Shown: positions 34,469-34,708 of the stretch, in pieces | Layout: the number at the start of each line of letters is the position of its first letter | Numbering within the stretch: the stretch's first letter is position 1 | Origin: Ignavibacteria bacterium | GTDB lineage: Bacteria; Bacteroidota; Ignavibacteria; Tepidaquicellales; OLB5 | Length of the DNA: 34,708 nucleotides | Reading direction: 5' to 3' | NCBI GenBank assembly: GCA_030835005.1 | Contig: JAUQWT010000085.1 | Span: 1 to 34,708 of the forward strand | Notes under the pieces: model-generated | Seen by the model: only the letters and a program-made list of their open reading frames with translations | Told to the model about the DNA's origin: nothing | Database searches by the model: none | Translations under genes and position numbers: made by a program

Positions 34469-34708
34469 TTGAGGAAACCTGAAATAATCGGAATACTTGG
34501 CGGCGGACAACTTGCAAGAATGTCGGCCTTTGCCGCAAAGCGCATGGGTTTTGGCGTTGCAGTGGTTGAAAAGAAAAGACACTCGCCTGCCGGACAGATA
34601 GCCGAACATGAACTCAAAGGATGGGTAAGCAGCTCTCAGCTTTTGAAAAAACTTTCGGCTATTAGCAGTGTTGTAACACTTGAAAATGAATTCGTTGATT
34701 ATCGCCGC
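34469..34708 (+). CDS. purK: N5-CAIR synthase, 5' part (runs off the window)
   Basis: Not in the ORF track. TTG start gives MRKPEIIGILGGGQLARMSAFAAKRMG...DSPAGQ...VVTLENEFV. Confidence 0.9.
   Translation, partial: MRKPEIIGILGGGQLARMSAFAAKRMGFGVAVVEKKRHSPAGQIAEHELKGWVSSSQLLKKLSAISSVVTLENEFVDYRR

Noticed and set aside
9807-34538. Numerous 60-140-aa antisense or alternate-frame ORFs in the track (e.g. 11120..11536, 13406..13795, 15846..16214, 18101..18490, 31853..32194, 34326..34538)
   Set aside because: They overlap well-supported genes and show no recognisable motifs, so they are treated as shadow ORFs.

Overview
AT-rich bacterial chromosomal window, most likely from an Ignavibacteria-like member of the Bacteroidota/Chlorobiota group. 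This placement is an inference from T9SS C-terminal domains, porX-tsaE synteny and TAnnTTTG promoters. The first ~9.2 kb is an accessory region built from a repeated module: a ~480-aa all-helical paralog on the + strand (two complete copies, one cut by the window edge, one probable decayed remnant) set divergently to secreted-protein genes on the - strand (T9SS beta-propeller cargos, one with four frameshifts; a lipoprotein/beta-barrel cluster led by a small ORF). The rest is mostly housekeeping (rpsT, porX, tsaE, tsaB, accD, panC, panD, GlmU-like N-terminal domain, dapD, proline dehydrogenase, leuS, HAD hydrolase, partial purK) plus anaerobic respiration and sulfur genes (nrfHA, sqr-tusE-dsrE, a Tat-exported Rieske protein). 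Non-coding patterns include a five-copy GGAGC-N6-GCTCC terminator family, REP-like palindromes, degenerate 7/8-mer tandem repeats, an identical tandem FNR-like box architecture at two promoters, a long leader hairpin, and a ~350-nt promoter-to-terminator segment with no convincing ORF. No rRNA, tRNA, CRISPR array or transposase was seen. All family assignments come from motif recognition by eye, not from database searches.
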